The translations under genes and the position numbers were made by a program. This document shows positions 40,576 to 50,381 of a DNA stretch of 64,000 nt, piece after piece. The DNA is from Dyella tabacisoli (lineage in GTDB: Bacteria > Pseudomonadota > Gammaproteobacteria > Xanthomonadales > Rhodanobacteraceae), in the NCBI RefSeq assembly GCF_003350925.1, contig NZ_KZ857174.1, positions 499,484 to 563,483 on the forward strand, read 5' to 3'. Below the pieces are notes generated by a model, which ran no database searches, had not been told where the DNA came from, and saw nothing but the letters and a program-made list of their open reading frames with translations. Position 1 is the first letter of the stretch. The number at the start of each line of letters is the position of its first letter.

Positions 40576-41607
40576 GTGAAAAAGTCTGATTTCAATTTTG
40601 AATTACCGCCTGAGTTGATTGCGCAGGCACCTTTGGCTGAGCGCTCAGCCAGCCGCTTGCTGCTTCTCGATGTGGTGGCGCAGCGGCGGCAGGATCACTA
40701 CTTTCGCGAATTGCCCGATTTTCTACGGGCCGGCGATCTATTGGTATTCAACGACACGCGTGTCTTGCCGGCGCGATTGCATGGACGCAAAGACACCGGC
40801 GGCGCGACCGAGATCTTGATCGAACGCGTCACCGGCGAGCATGAAGCCACCGTGCAACTGGGCGTGAGCAAAAAGCCGAAAGAGGGCGGGCGTATCGAGT
40901 TGGCTGATGGTAGCTACGCTACGGTGCTTGGGCGTGAGGGCTCGTTCTTTAAGCTGCGTTTTGAATCTCCTGAGCCCTTGGCGCAATTACTGCTGAAGCT
41001 CGGCGAGATGCCATTGCCGCCGTATATCGACCGGCAGGCCGATGCCAGCGACCTTGAGCGCTATCAAACTATCTATGCGCGTGAACCGGGGGCGGTTGCC
41101 GCGCCTACCGCAGGTCTGCATTTTGACGAGTCGCTGCTGGCGAAATTGCGCGAGCGCGGCGTGGATTTCGGCTATGTGACCCTGCATGTGGGGGCCGGTA
41201 CCTTTCAGCCTATCCGCGTGGACGACATTAAAGACCATCAAATGCACCGCGAGTGGTTAAACGTGGGCGCCAGCCTGGTCGAGAAAATTCAGCGTACCCG
41301 CGCTGCTGGCGGCCGCGTGATCGCTGTGGGCACCACCGTGGTGCGTGCGCTGGAAAGCGCCAGTTACGAGGGCGAGCTGCATCCGTTTGCCGGCGAGACG
41401 CAAATTTTCATTTTCCCCGGCTATCGCTTCAGCAGCATTGACGGTTTGATTACCAATTTCCATTTGCCGCAATCGACCTTATTGATGCTGGTTTCGGCAC
41501 TGGCCGGCCGCGAATTCATGCTCGACTCCTACCGGTACGCGGTAGATCAGCATTACCGCTTCTTTTCCTATGGCGACGCGATGCTGATCTTGCCGACAGG
41601 CGACTGA
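40576..41607 (+). CDS. queA: S-adenosylmethionine:tRNA ribosyltransferase-isomerase
   Basis: MKKSDFNFELPPELIAQAPLAERSASRLL…, GTG start, 343 aa. Confidence 0.93.
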   Translation: MKKSDFNFELPPELIAQAPLAERSASRLLLLDVVAQRRQDHYFRELPDFLRAGDLLVFNDTRVLPARLHGRKDTGGATEILIERVTGEHEATVQLGVSKKPKEGGRIELADGSYATVLGREGSFFKLRFESPEPLAQLLLKLGEMPLPPYIDRQADASDLERYQTIYAREPGAVAAPTAGLHFDESLLAKLRERGVDFGYVTLHVGAGTFQPIRVDDIKDHQMHREWLNVGASLVEKIQRTRAAGGRVIAVGTTVVRALESASYEGELHPFAGETQIFIFPGYRFSSIDGLITNFHLPQSTLLMLVSALAGREFMLDSYRYAVDQHYRFFSYGDAMLILPTGD

Positions 41608-41620
41608 CCCGTGCAGCTAA

Positions 41621-42757
<1,137 letters not shown>

Positions 42758-42942
42758 CAGTCACGTTTTCCGTATGTCGGTAGCCTCCGGGGGCTTGGAA
42801 AGCGGCACTATCGTCGCCAAAGCATTGTGCGGGCTGGCCTTGCGGTGCATGCAGGGCCTTGGGGCGCATGGCATAATCCACGATCTTTTTTCAGGCGCAG
42901 GGAAGAAATTCCTGTTGGCGCCGCAACTTGCGAGACAAAACG

Positions 42943-43284
42943 ATGAATCTTCCAATCTCCTTTGTGATCGCTCAGGCCGCTCCGGCAGCCGCCGGCGCTC
43001 AGGCGGGGAACCCGCTGATGACCTTTCTGCCGCTCATTCTGTTGTTCGCGGTGTTCTATTTCCTGATGATCCGCCCGCAGATGAAGCGGCAGAAGGAGCA
43101 CCGCACTATGGTCTCGGCCCTGTCTAAGGGTGACGAGGTAGTGACCAACGGCGGCATCGCCGGGCGCGTGGAAGAAGTCGGCGAGTCGTTCATCACCGTC
43201 GAGATCGCACCGAACGTGTCGATCAAATTGCAGAAGGGCGCGGTGTCGCAAGTGTTGCCCAAGGGTTCGCTGAAGTCGTCCTGA
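42943..43284 (+). CDS. yajC: preprotein translocase subunit YajC
   Basis: …LILLFAVFYFLMIRPQMKRQKEH…GDEVVTNGGIAGRV…, 113 aa. Confidence 0.9.
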   Translation: MNLPISFVIAQAAPAAAGAQAGNPLMTFLPLILLFAVFYFLMIRPQMKRQKEHRTMVSALSKGDEVVTNGGIAGRVEEVGESFITVEIAPNVSIKLQKGAVSQVLPKGSLKSS

Positions 43285-43385
43285 TGGGGCGAAAGGCGGC
43301 CTGGTGCCGCCTTTCAACACTCTAGGATCTACGCAATGACGCTACCGCTGCGGCTTATAAACTGCGGCTTTGACGGATTTTAGGC

Positions 43386-45266
43386 ATGAGTGATTTTCCA
43401 CGCTGGAAGTATGTGCTAGTCGCGATCGTACTGGTGCTTGCCACGTTCTATGCGTTGCCCAATGTGTTCCAGCCCGTACCTGCTGTGCAGATCATCGCCA
43501 ACCACAATGGTGTGGTCGATGCTGCGCTACAGCAGAAGGTGGCCGGCGCGTTGAAGCAGCAAAACGTGGCCTATAGCAACATGGCCATCAATGGCGATCA
43601 CCTGCTGACTAGCTTCGCCAATGGCGATGCGCAGAAGAGCGGTGCTGATGCCATCAAGGCCGCGCTAGGCGATGACTACACCGTTGCATTCAACCTTCAG
43701 TCGACCGTGCCGGGCTGGCTGCGTGCCATCGGCGCCCGCTCCATGCCATTGGGTCTGGACTTGCAGGGCGGCGTGCACTTCCTGATGGAGGTGGACCAGA
43801 ACGATGTGCTCGACAAGAAAGAGGCCGGCTACGCGGACGATATCCGTACTCTGCTGCGCCAGAAAAACATCCGCTACGATTCGGTCAACCGCAATGCCAC
43901 TCGCGGCCAAGGCGTGGCCGTGGTGCTGCGTTCGGCCGAGGACCGCACGGCGGCGGCCAACGCGATTGCGGTCGAATACCCCGACCTCAGCGTGCAAGAC
44001 GGCGCCACCACCGGCGACCGCTTTTTGCTCAATGCCGCGGTAAAACCGGAAAAACTGCGCGAACTGTCGCTCAATACCATTCGCCAGAACCTTGGCACCT
44101 TGCGTAACCGTATCAATGCGCTGGGCGTATCGGAGCCGATCATCCAGCAGCAAGGCGATAGCCGCATCGTGGTCGAGTTGGCCGGCGTGCAAGACACCAC
44201 CGAGGCGAAGAAGCTGATTGGCGCTACCGCGACGCTGCAATATCGCGCAGGCATCGGCTTTGCCGGCGACCCGCAGGCCGTCGAGGCTGCGCGTACCGGC
44301 AATATTCCGCCGAATGCCAATTTGTATTACATGCGCGATACCCGTCAGCCGGTGCTGGTGGACAAGAAAATCATCGCCACCGGCGACGAGCTGATCGACG
44401 CCTCCTCGACCTTCGACCAGACCAGCGGCTCGCCCGCGGTGTCGGTTTCGCTGAACTCCAGCGGCGCTCGAAAGATGCAGGATTTCACCAACGGCAACGT
44501 CGGCAAGCCGATGGCCGTGGTGTATATCGAGCGTGTGGTCGATACCAAGATCGTCGACGGCAAGCAGGTTCGCACGCCTACCATCACCTATTCGGTGATT
44601 AACGACGCGCGTATCAGCAGCCCTTTCGGCAAGCAGTTCCAGACCACCGGCCTGCGTAGTCCCAAAGAAGCCTCCGAGCTGGCCTTGCTGCTCAAGGGCG
44701 GCGCACTGGCGGCGCCGGTCGATATCGTCCAGGAGCGTGTTATCGGCCCCAGCCTGGGTCAGGACAATATCGCCAAGGGTTTCAAGGCGGTCATGATCGG
44801 TCTGGGGCTGGTGCTGTTGGCGGCGGCGATCTACTACAAGCTGTTCGGCCTGGTGGCCGACATCGCGTTGTTCTTCAACCTGGTGGTGCTGGTGGCGATC
44901 ATGTCGATGATCGGGGTCACCCTGACCATGCCGGGCATCGCCGGTATCGTGCTTACCCTGGGTATGGCGATCGATGCGAACGTGCTGGTTTGCGAACGTA
45001 TCCGCGAAGAACTGCGCAATGGCTCGACACCGCATGCCTCGATCCGCGCCGGCTACGAAAAAGCCTGGGCGACCATTCTGGATGCCAACGTAACCCACCT
45101 GATCGCCGCGCTGGCGCTGACCACGATGGGCTCAGGCCCGATCAAAGGCTTCGGCGTCACTCTGCTGATCGGTATTCTGACCTCGATGTTCACCTCGGTC
45201 ACCGTGACTCATGCCATCACCGCATTGATCCACGGCCATCGCAAGCTCAAGACGCTGTCGGTCTGA
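43386..45266 (+). CDS. secD: protein translocase subunit SecD
   Basis: 626 aa. N-terminus …FPRWKYVLVAIVLVLATFYALPNVF, a large periplasmic domain and 6 TM helices. Confidence 0.95.
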   Translation: MSDFPRWKYVLVAIVLVLATFYALPNVFQPVPAVQIIANHNGVVDAALQQKVAGALKQQNVAYSNMAINGDHLLTSFANGDAQKSGADAIKAALGDDYTVAFNLQSTVPGWLRAIGARSMPLGLDLQGGVHFLMEVDQNDVLDKKEAGYADDIRTLLRQKNIRYDSVNRNATRGQGVAVVLRSAEDRTAAANAIAVEYPDLSVQDGATTGDRFLLNAAVKPEKLRELSLNTIRQNLGTLRNRINALGVSEPIIQQQGDSRIVVELAGVQDTTEAKKLIGATATLQYRAGIGFAGDPQAVEAARTGNIPPNANLYYMRDTRQPVLVDKKIIATGDELIDASSTFDQTSGSPAVSVSLNSSGARKMQDFTNGNVGKPMAVVYIERVVDTKIVDGKQVRTPTITYSVINDARISSPFGKQFQTTGLRSPKEASELALLLKGGALAAPVDIVQERVIGPSLGQDNIAKGFKAVMIGLGLVLLAAAIYYKLFGLVADIALFFNLVVLVAIMSMIGVTLTMPGIAGIVLTLGMAIDANVLVCERIREELRNGSTPHASIRAGYEKAWATILDANVTHLIAALALTTMGSGPIKGFGVTLLIGILTSMFTSVTVTHAITALIHGHRKLKTLSV

Positions 45267-45282
45267 AGAGGAACGGAAACAC

Positions 45283-46239
45283 ATGGAAATCTTCAACCAC
45301 AACAGTAATGTCAACTTTCTTGGCATGCGCAAATTCAGTATCGGCATCGCCGCCCTGCTGATGATCGCCTCGATCGCACTGATCGCGACCAAGGGTCTCA
45401 ACTATGGCCTGGACTTCACCGGTGGCGTGTCCATCGTGGCGGACTACCAGCAGCCGGTAGCCATCGCCGACGTGCGCGCCGCGCTGGAGAAGGGCGGCAT
45501 CGAGAACGCGGTGGTGCAGAGCCTCGGCGGTACCAAAGAGGTCTCGATCCGTTTGCAGCCAACGGCAGCCATGCTCGACGAGAAGGGCAAGGTAAGCCTG
45601 GACAAGGCCGCTGACGATGTCACCAAGGCCCTGCGGGCGATCCGCCCGGATGCCGCGCTGACCAGTCGCGACTATGTCGGCTCGCAGGTCGGCGAGGAGC
45701 TGCGCAGCGACGGTGTGGTGGCTGTGATCGTGGTAATCATCGGCATCATGGGCTATCTGTGGATCCGCTTCGAACGCCGCTTCGCGATCGCGGCGGTGGT
45801 CACCGAGGTGCACGATGCGTTGGTTACCGTAGGCATCTTTGCGCTGACCCAGCGCGAGTTCGACCTCACCGTGCTGGCCTCGGTACTGGCGGTGGTCGGT
45901 TACTCGATCAACGACAAAGTGGTGGTGTTCGACCGCATCCGCGAGCTGTTCCGCCTGGCCCGCAAGGCCGAGCCGGAGGAGATTCTCAATCGCTCGATCA
46001 ACAACACCCTGTCGCGAACCATCATCACCTCCACCTTCACGGCCATCACCATGGCGGCGCTGTACTTCTTCGGCGGTCCGGTAGTGCACGGCTTTGCCAT
46101 CACCATGCTGATCGGCATCCTGGTCGGCACCTTGTCCTCGATCTTTGTCGCTAGCCCGATCCTGCTGTGGCTGGGGGTATCGAAGAAGGATCTGATGCCG
46201 CAAGTCAAAGGAAATCCTGAGCTGGAACGGCGTCCGTAA
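45283..46239 (+). CDS. secF: protein translocase subunit SecF
   Basis: 318 aa. …GLNYGLDFTGG… SecF signature. Confidence 0.95.
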   Translation: MEIFNHNSNVNFLGMRKFSIGIAALLMIASIALIATKGLNYGLDFTGGVSIVADYQQPVAIADVRAALEKGGIENAVVQSLGGTKEVSIRLQPTAAMLDEKGKVSLDKAADDVTKALRAIRPDAALTSRDYVGSQVGEELRSDGVVAVIVVIIGIMGYLWIRFERRFAIAAVVTEVHDALVTVGIFALTQREFDLTVLASVLAVVGYSINDKVVVFDRIRELFRLARKAEPEEILNRSINNTLSRTIITSTFTAITMAALYFFGGPVVHGFAITMLIGILVGTLSSIFVASPILLWLGVSKKDLMPQVKGNPELERRP

Positions 46240-46268
46240 GGCGAAACATATTACGAAGTCTTAACACT

Positions 46269-46294
46269 AGAGGCCCGGTTTCCGGGCCTTTTTT
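46269..46294 (+). terminator. rho-independent terminator after secF
   Basis: gaggcccgg ttt ccgggcc followed by tttttt. Confidence 0.8.
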
Positions 46295-46500
46295 ATGCGC
46301 GTCGATAAACCTGAACGTGTTTTCACACGAATCGACCCAAGGACGATCGGCCCTTGTGGTCCCGGCACCGTAGATGGTTGCTTATATGCAAGTTAATACG
46401 CTTATAAATCGTAATAACTAATGGCAAAAGTTATTCGTATTTTCTTTTGATGAACGCAAATAAATGCGCATATCTCGTGCGAACGCACATTAAAATGTTG

Positions 46501-46529
46501 TTGACTTGACGTAAAAAATACCATTATGT
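46501..46529 (+). promoter_or_regulatory. sigma70-like promoter of TonB-dependent receptor 1 (TTGACT, 17 nt, TTATGT)
   Basis: ttgact tgacgtaaaaaatacca ttatgt. The same architecture recurs upstream of receptor 2 at 50148-50177. Confidence 0.5.
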
Positions 46530-46611
46530 TTCATCACATTCCTGCGCAAACATACTGCTGACTGGGACTAAAAGCCGGTCATTAGGACTGCGTCGGGGAG
46601 GGCGAGAGATC

Positions 46612-46653
46612 GGCTGAAAGGGAGCCTTCCGCGCAGCGGAACGGGTTTCAGTC
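46612..46653 (+). promoter_or_regulatory. conserved structured 5' leader element (nested hairpin) of receptor 1
   Basis: ggctgaaaggg agccttccgcgcagcggaacgg gtttcagtc. Outer stem ctgaaa/tttcag, inner palindrome ttccgc/gcggaa. A homologous element sits at 50247-50288 with a compensatory C to T (G·U) change. Confidence 0.45.
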
Positions 46654-46744
46654 GATTACTGGCGGATCACCTGGCCAATCGATTCATAAATCGATTGCCT
46701 GGATTATTTTTGCTCATTCATGAGCTGCAATGGGGAGATACATA

Positions 46745-49700
46745 ATGAGTTTTGGTTCGATGAATCGCGGTTATTTGCTGCGACGCTCGGCGTTAGCAGT
46801 AGCCTTGACCATGGGGATGGCGGGCGTAGCGTTTGGCCAGTCCACCACCGGCGGTATTTTCGGCCAGGCCGAAGCCGGCGAGACCGTCAGCGTCAGCAAT
46901 ACCACCGGTTTGACGCGTCAGGTTCAGGTCGACGATAGCGGCCGTTACCGCATCGGCAATCTGCCGTTGGGTACATACACCGTCTCCCTGCAGAAGGGCG
47001 GCACCACGGTCGATACGCGTAAGGACGTGAACCTTACCGTGAACTCGAACACCGAGGTTTCCTTCGCCAGCGCCGCGCATGCAGCGTCGTTGTCGGCCGT
47101 AACGGTCACTGCGAACTCGTTGCCGTCGATCGACGTGAGCGGCGTGGACTCGCGCACCGTCATCACCTCGCAGCAGTTGGCGCGCCTGCCGTTGGCACGC
47201 AGTGCCGAAGCCATCGCCTTGCTCGCACCGGGCGTGGTTGCCGGTAGCGGCCTGTTCAACGGCCTTGGCCCGTCAGGCGGTAACGTCGTTTCGTTCAGCG
47301 GTTCGTCGGTGACCGAGAACGCTTACTACATCAACGGCTTTAACACGACCGATCCGCTCAGCGGCTTCGGCGGCATCACCCTGCCATACGGCGCGATCGA
47401 CCAGCAGGAAATCATCAGCGGCGGCTACGGTGCGGCTTACGGTCGTTCTGACGGCGGCGTGATCAACCAGGTCGGCAAGCGCGGTACCAACGAATGGCAT
47501 TTCGGCGGTCAGGTGCAGTGGACTCCGACCGATCTGAAGAGCGATCCGGTCAACTATTTCTTAGTCAACAAGAAAGACAATTCGCAAGGCAAGATGTACC
47601 GCTACAACAACGACAGCAAGACGTCGACAACGACCTACGACGCCTACGTCGGCGGCCCGTTGATCAAGGACAAGCTGTTCTTCTTCGCCGCGGTGGAAGC
47701 CGAGCGTGTGGCGGGCAAGAGTGTCGGTTCAATCGCCGCACCGCAGGACACCCACACGACGTTCAGCAATCCGAAATGGTACGGCAAGCTGGATTGGAAC
47801 ATCACCGACAGCAATATTTTCGAGCTGACCACGGCCTCCAACAAATCGTCTTATCGCGGCTCGCTGCATAACTTTAGCTACGCCACGAAAACGGATGGCG
47901 CGTTCACAGGCTATGACACGTCGACCAAGACGGGCGCGGATGTCTACTCGGGCAAGTTCACCAGCTACATCACCGATGATCTGACCCTGACGGCCCTGTA
48001 CGGCAAGATGAAGGGTACGTACTACAGCAATACGCCCGGTTTCGATCCGACCTTGATCCATCTGTTCACACCGGATCAGCAGAATCCCGCGCTGAACGGC
48101 GGCAACCCGATCACCAACAGTCAGAACATCTCGACGGTCAACCTGCCGAGCCACAAGTCGACCAACACCAATCTGCGCATCGATCTGAGCTACAAGCTGG
48201 GCAGCCATACGCTCACGGCCGGTCTCGATAACCAGGACGTGAAAAATATCGACGGTGGTACCCAGTTCCCAGCATCCGGTGCGGGCTACGCCTGGGAATA
48301 CACCAATTTCGGCGATCCGAATGGCTATATCGTCGGTGGCCCAGGTACCGCCCCAGGCACTGCCGATTGGCACAATTTCCCGTGGGTCGCCAACACTGGC
48401 GCGACACCGGGCGGTGCGACCGGCTACTACGTCGACAGATACCGTTACCACGACAATGCCTCGGTCCGCGTGGCACAGCGCGCGCAGTACATCCAGGACG
48501 ACTGGCAGATCAACGATCGCTGGTTGGTCAAGCTGGGTCTGCGCAATGACCAGTTCACCAACTACAACGCCGCAGGCCAGCCGTATCTGCGTCTGACCAA
48601 GCCGCAGTGGGCTCCTCGTGTCGGCTTTAGCTGGGACGTGAACGGCGACTCCAGCTTCAAGGTCTACGGCAATGCCGGTCGCTACTACCTCGCCTTGCCG
48701 ACCAGCGTGGCATTGCGTTCCGCCGGTTCGTCGCTGTACACCCGCGAGTACTACACCTATACGGGTATCGATTCGAACGGTGTCCCGACTGGCCTGACTC
48801 CGATCGCAACCAGCCAGGGCTTGGGTGCGCCCTTCTCGGCCAACGGCGAATATGGTCAGCCGCGCGATCCGAAAGTGGGCGCCGCCCAGGGCCTCAAGTC
48901 GGAGTACCAGGATGAGTACATCCTCGGTTTCGACAAGAAGCTGGGTGATTCGTGGGTTTACGGTGCCAAGGCAACCTACCGCAATCTGCGCAATGCGATC
49001 GACGATATTTCGGACGTCAGCTCGATCATCAACAAGATGAACAACATGGGTATTGATCCAAATACCTATGATCCGTCGGCGATTCCGGGCAGCATCCTGA
49101 TAAATCCGGGCAAGAATGCGACCTTCAGCATTGCCAAGCTGGCTGGCGGTTACTACAACGTGCCGATGGATTGGAAGAAGGATTTTGGCTTCGACCAGGG
49201 CCTGAAGCGCAAGTACTACGCCTTGAACCTCTTCCTTGAGCATCCGTTTGATGGCAAGTGGTTCGGCCGGGTCGACTACGTGTGGTCGCGCAGCTACGGC
49301 AACAGCGAAGGTCAGGTCAAGTCCGATATCGGCCAGACCGACGTTTCGGCCACGTCTGACTGGGATTACTCGCAGTTGATGGTCTCGTCCAACGGCCAGC
49401 TCTCCAACGACCGTACGCACCAGATCAAGGCCTACGGTTCGTATCAGGTCGCGCCTGAGTGGATGGTATCCGGCAACCTGGCCATCTTGTCCGGCTCACC
49501 GAAGGAATGCCTGGGTCTGTACGGTCCGCTTGGAACCGACCCGGCGGGCTACGGTACGAACTACCACTTCTGCAACGGTCAGCCGGTCATTCCTGGCTTC
49601 AAGCACAACCCCTGGACATATTTGCTCAGCCTGAGTGCCGAGTACCGTCCAGAATGGGCTGACAAGAAGCTTGGCTTCAACGTGATGGTTTACAACGTGT

Positions 49701-49813
49701 TCAATAAGCAGGCCATCACGCAGACCTATGCTCATTACACCTCCAGCTATCAGCGTCCGTACACCTCACAGACGCCGCGGTATGTGCGTTTCGGTGTCAA
49801 CTACGACTTCTAG
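46745..49813 (+). CDS. TonB-dependent outer-membrane receptor, Oar-like (N-terminal carboxypeptidase-regulatory-like domain)
   Basis: 1022 aa. Signal peptide, TonB-dependent plug/barrel, terminal aromatic residue (…RFGVNYDF). Confidence 0.85.
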   Translation: MSFGSMNRGYLLRRSALAVALTMGMAGVAFGQSTTGGIFGQAEAGETVSVSNTTGLTRQVQVDDSGRYRIGNLPLGTYTVSLQKGGTTVDTRKDVNLTVNSNTEVSFASAAHAASLSAVTVTANSLPSIDVSGVDSRTVITSQQLARLPLARSAEAIALLAPGVVAGSGLFNGLGPSGGNVVSFSGSSVTENAYYINGFNTTDPLSGFGGITLPYGAIDQQEIISGGYGAAYGRSDGGVINQVGKRGTNEWHFGGQVQWTPTDLKSDPVNYFLVNKKDNSQGKMYRYNNDSKTSTTTYDAYVGGPLIKDKLFFFAAVEAERVAGKSVGSIAAPQDTHTTFSNPKWYGKLDWNITDSNIFELTTASNKSSYRGSLHNFSYATKTDGAFTGYDTSTKTGADVYSGKFTSYITDDLTLTALYGKMKGTYYSNTPGFDPTLIHLFTPDQQNPALNGGNPITNSQNISTVNLPSHKSTNTNLRIDLSYKLGSHTLTAGLDNQDVKNIDGGTQFPASGAGYAWEYTNFGDPNGYIVGGPGTAPGTADWHNFPWVANTGATPGGATGYYVDRYRYHDNASVRVAQRAQYIQDDWQINDRWLVKLGLRNDQFTNYNAAGQPYLRLTKPQWAPRVGFSWDVNGDSSFKVYGNAGRYYLALPTSVALRSAGSSLYTREYYTYTGIDSNGVPTGLTPIATSQGLGAPFSANGEYGQPRDPKVGAAQGLKSEYQDEYILGFDKKLGDSWVYGAKATYRNLRNAIDDISDVSSIINKMNNMGIDPNTYDPSAIPGSILINPGKNATFSIAKLAGGYYNVPMDWKKDFGFDQGLKRKYYALNLFLEHPFDGKWFGRVDYVWSRSYGNSEGQVKSDIGQTDVSATSDWDYSQLMVSSNGQLSNDRTHQIKAYGSYQVAPEWMVSGNLAILSGSPKECLGLYGPLGTDPAGYGTNYHFCNGQPVIPGFKHNPWTYLLSLSAEYRPEWADKKLGFNVMVYNVFNKQAITQTYAHYTSSYQRPYTSQTPRYVRFGVNYDF

Positions 49814-49872
49814 TAGTTAGTTGCTGTGATGCCTCATCAACGAAGCTAGTTGTCTTCGTTGATGAAACTCTA

Positions 49873-49904
49873 GCCGCCAGGGATTTCCCTGGCGGCTTTT
49901 TTTG
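49873..49904 (+). terminator. rho-independent terminator after receptor 1
   Basis: gccgccagggatttccctggcggc followed by tttttttg. It is preceded by a second hairpin catcaacgaag…cttcgttgatg. Confidence 0.8.
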
Positions 49905-50147
49905 TGGCCGAGGGATTGGGGCCGGTGAAGTCTCCATCCAGCCCTGACCAGCCTGTGAATAATTACGAGCCGACTGTTCATAGAAGCCAACGTCGTAGGG
50001 ATTTGAGGTTTGTTCATTGGGCAAACTTGAGAATCTGTTCATATTTAAGTTATTGAGTTATAAAAACATATTATTTTTACCAGTCGATTTTCGTAAAATA
50101 TTGCGGCTCAAGTGCACAAAGTAACATTAAAATATTGTTGACTTGCC

Positions 50148-50177
50148 GCAAAAAATCCAACTATGTTCCGTCACGTT
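50148..50177 (+). promoter_or_regulatory. sigma70-like promoter of receptor 2
   Basis: ttgact tgccgcaaaaaatccaa ctatgtt, homologous to 46501-46529. Confidence 0.45.
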
Positions 50178-50246
50178 CTTGCCCCATGTTCTTGCTGGTT
50201 GGCATTGAGGCTAATCGCTCGACATGTGGCAGGCGGTGCAAGAGAT

Positions 50247-50288
50247 GGATTGAAAGGGAGCCTTCCGCAAGTCGGGATGGGTTTCAGT
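50247..50288 (+). promoter_or_regulatory. conserved structured 5' leader element of receptor 2
   Basis: gattgaaaggg agccttccgcaagtcgggatgg gtttcagtc. Confidence 0.4.
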
Positions 50289-50381
50289 CCGCCTCTTGCA
50301 GGTCATTTTGGTCAGCCGATTCATTGATTGGTTGCCTTGATTACTTTTGCTCAATTTGTGAGCTGCTATGGGGAGATACAC

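Noticed and set aside
43665-46203. Long minus-strand ORFs (477 aa and 318 aa) inside secD and secF
   Set aside because: Antisense to essential, well-conserved genes. GC-driven open frames.
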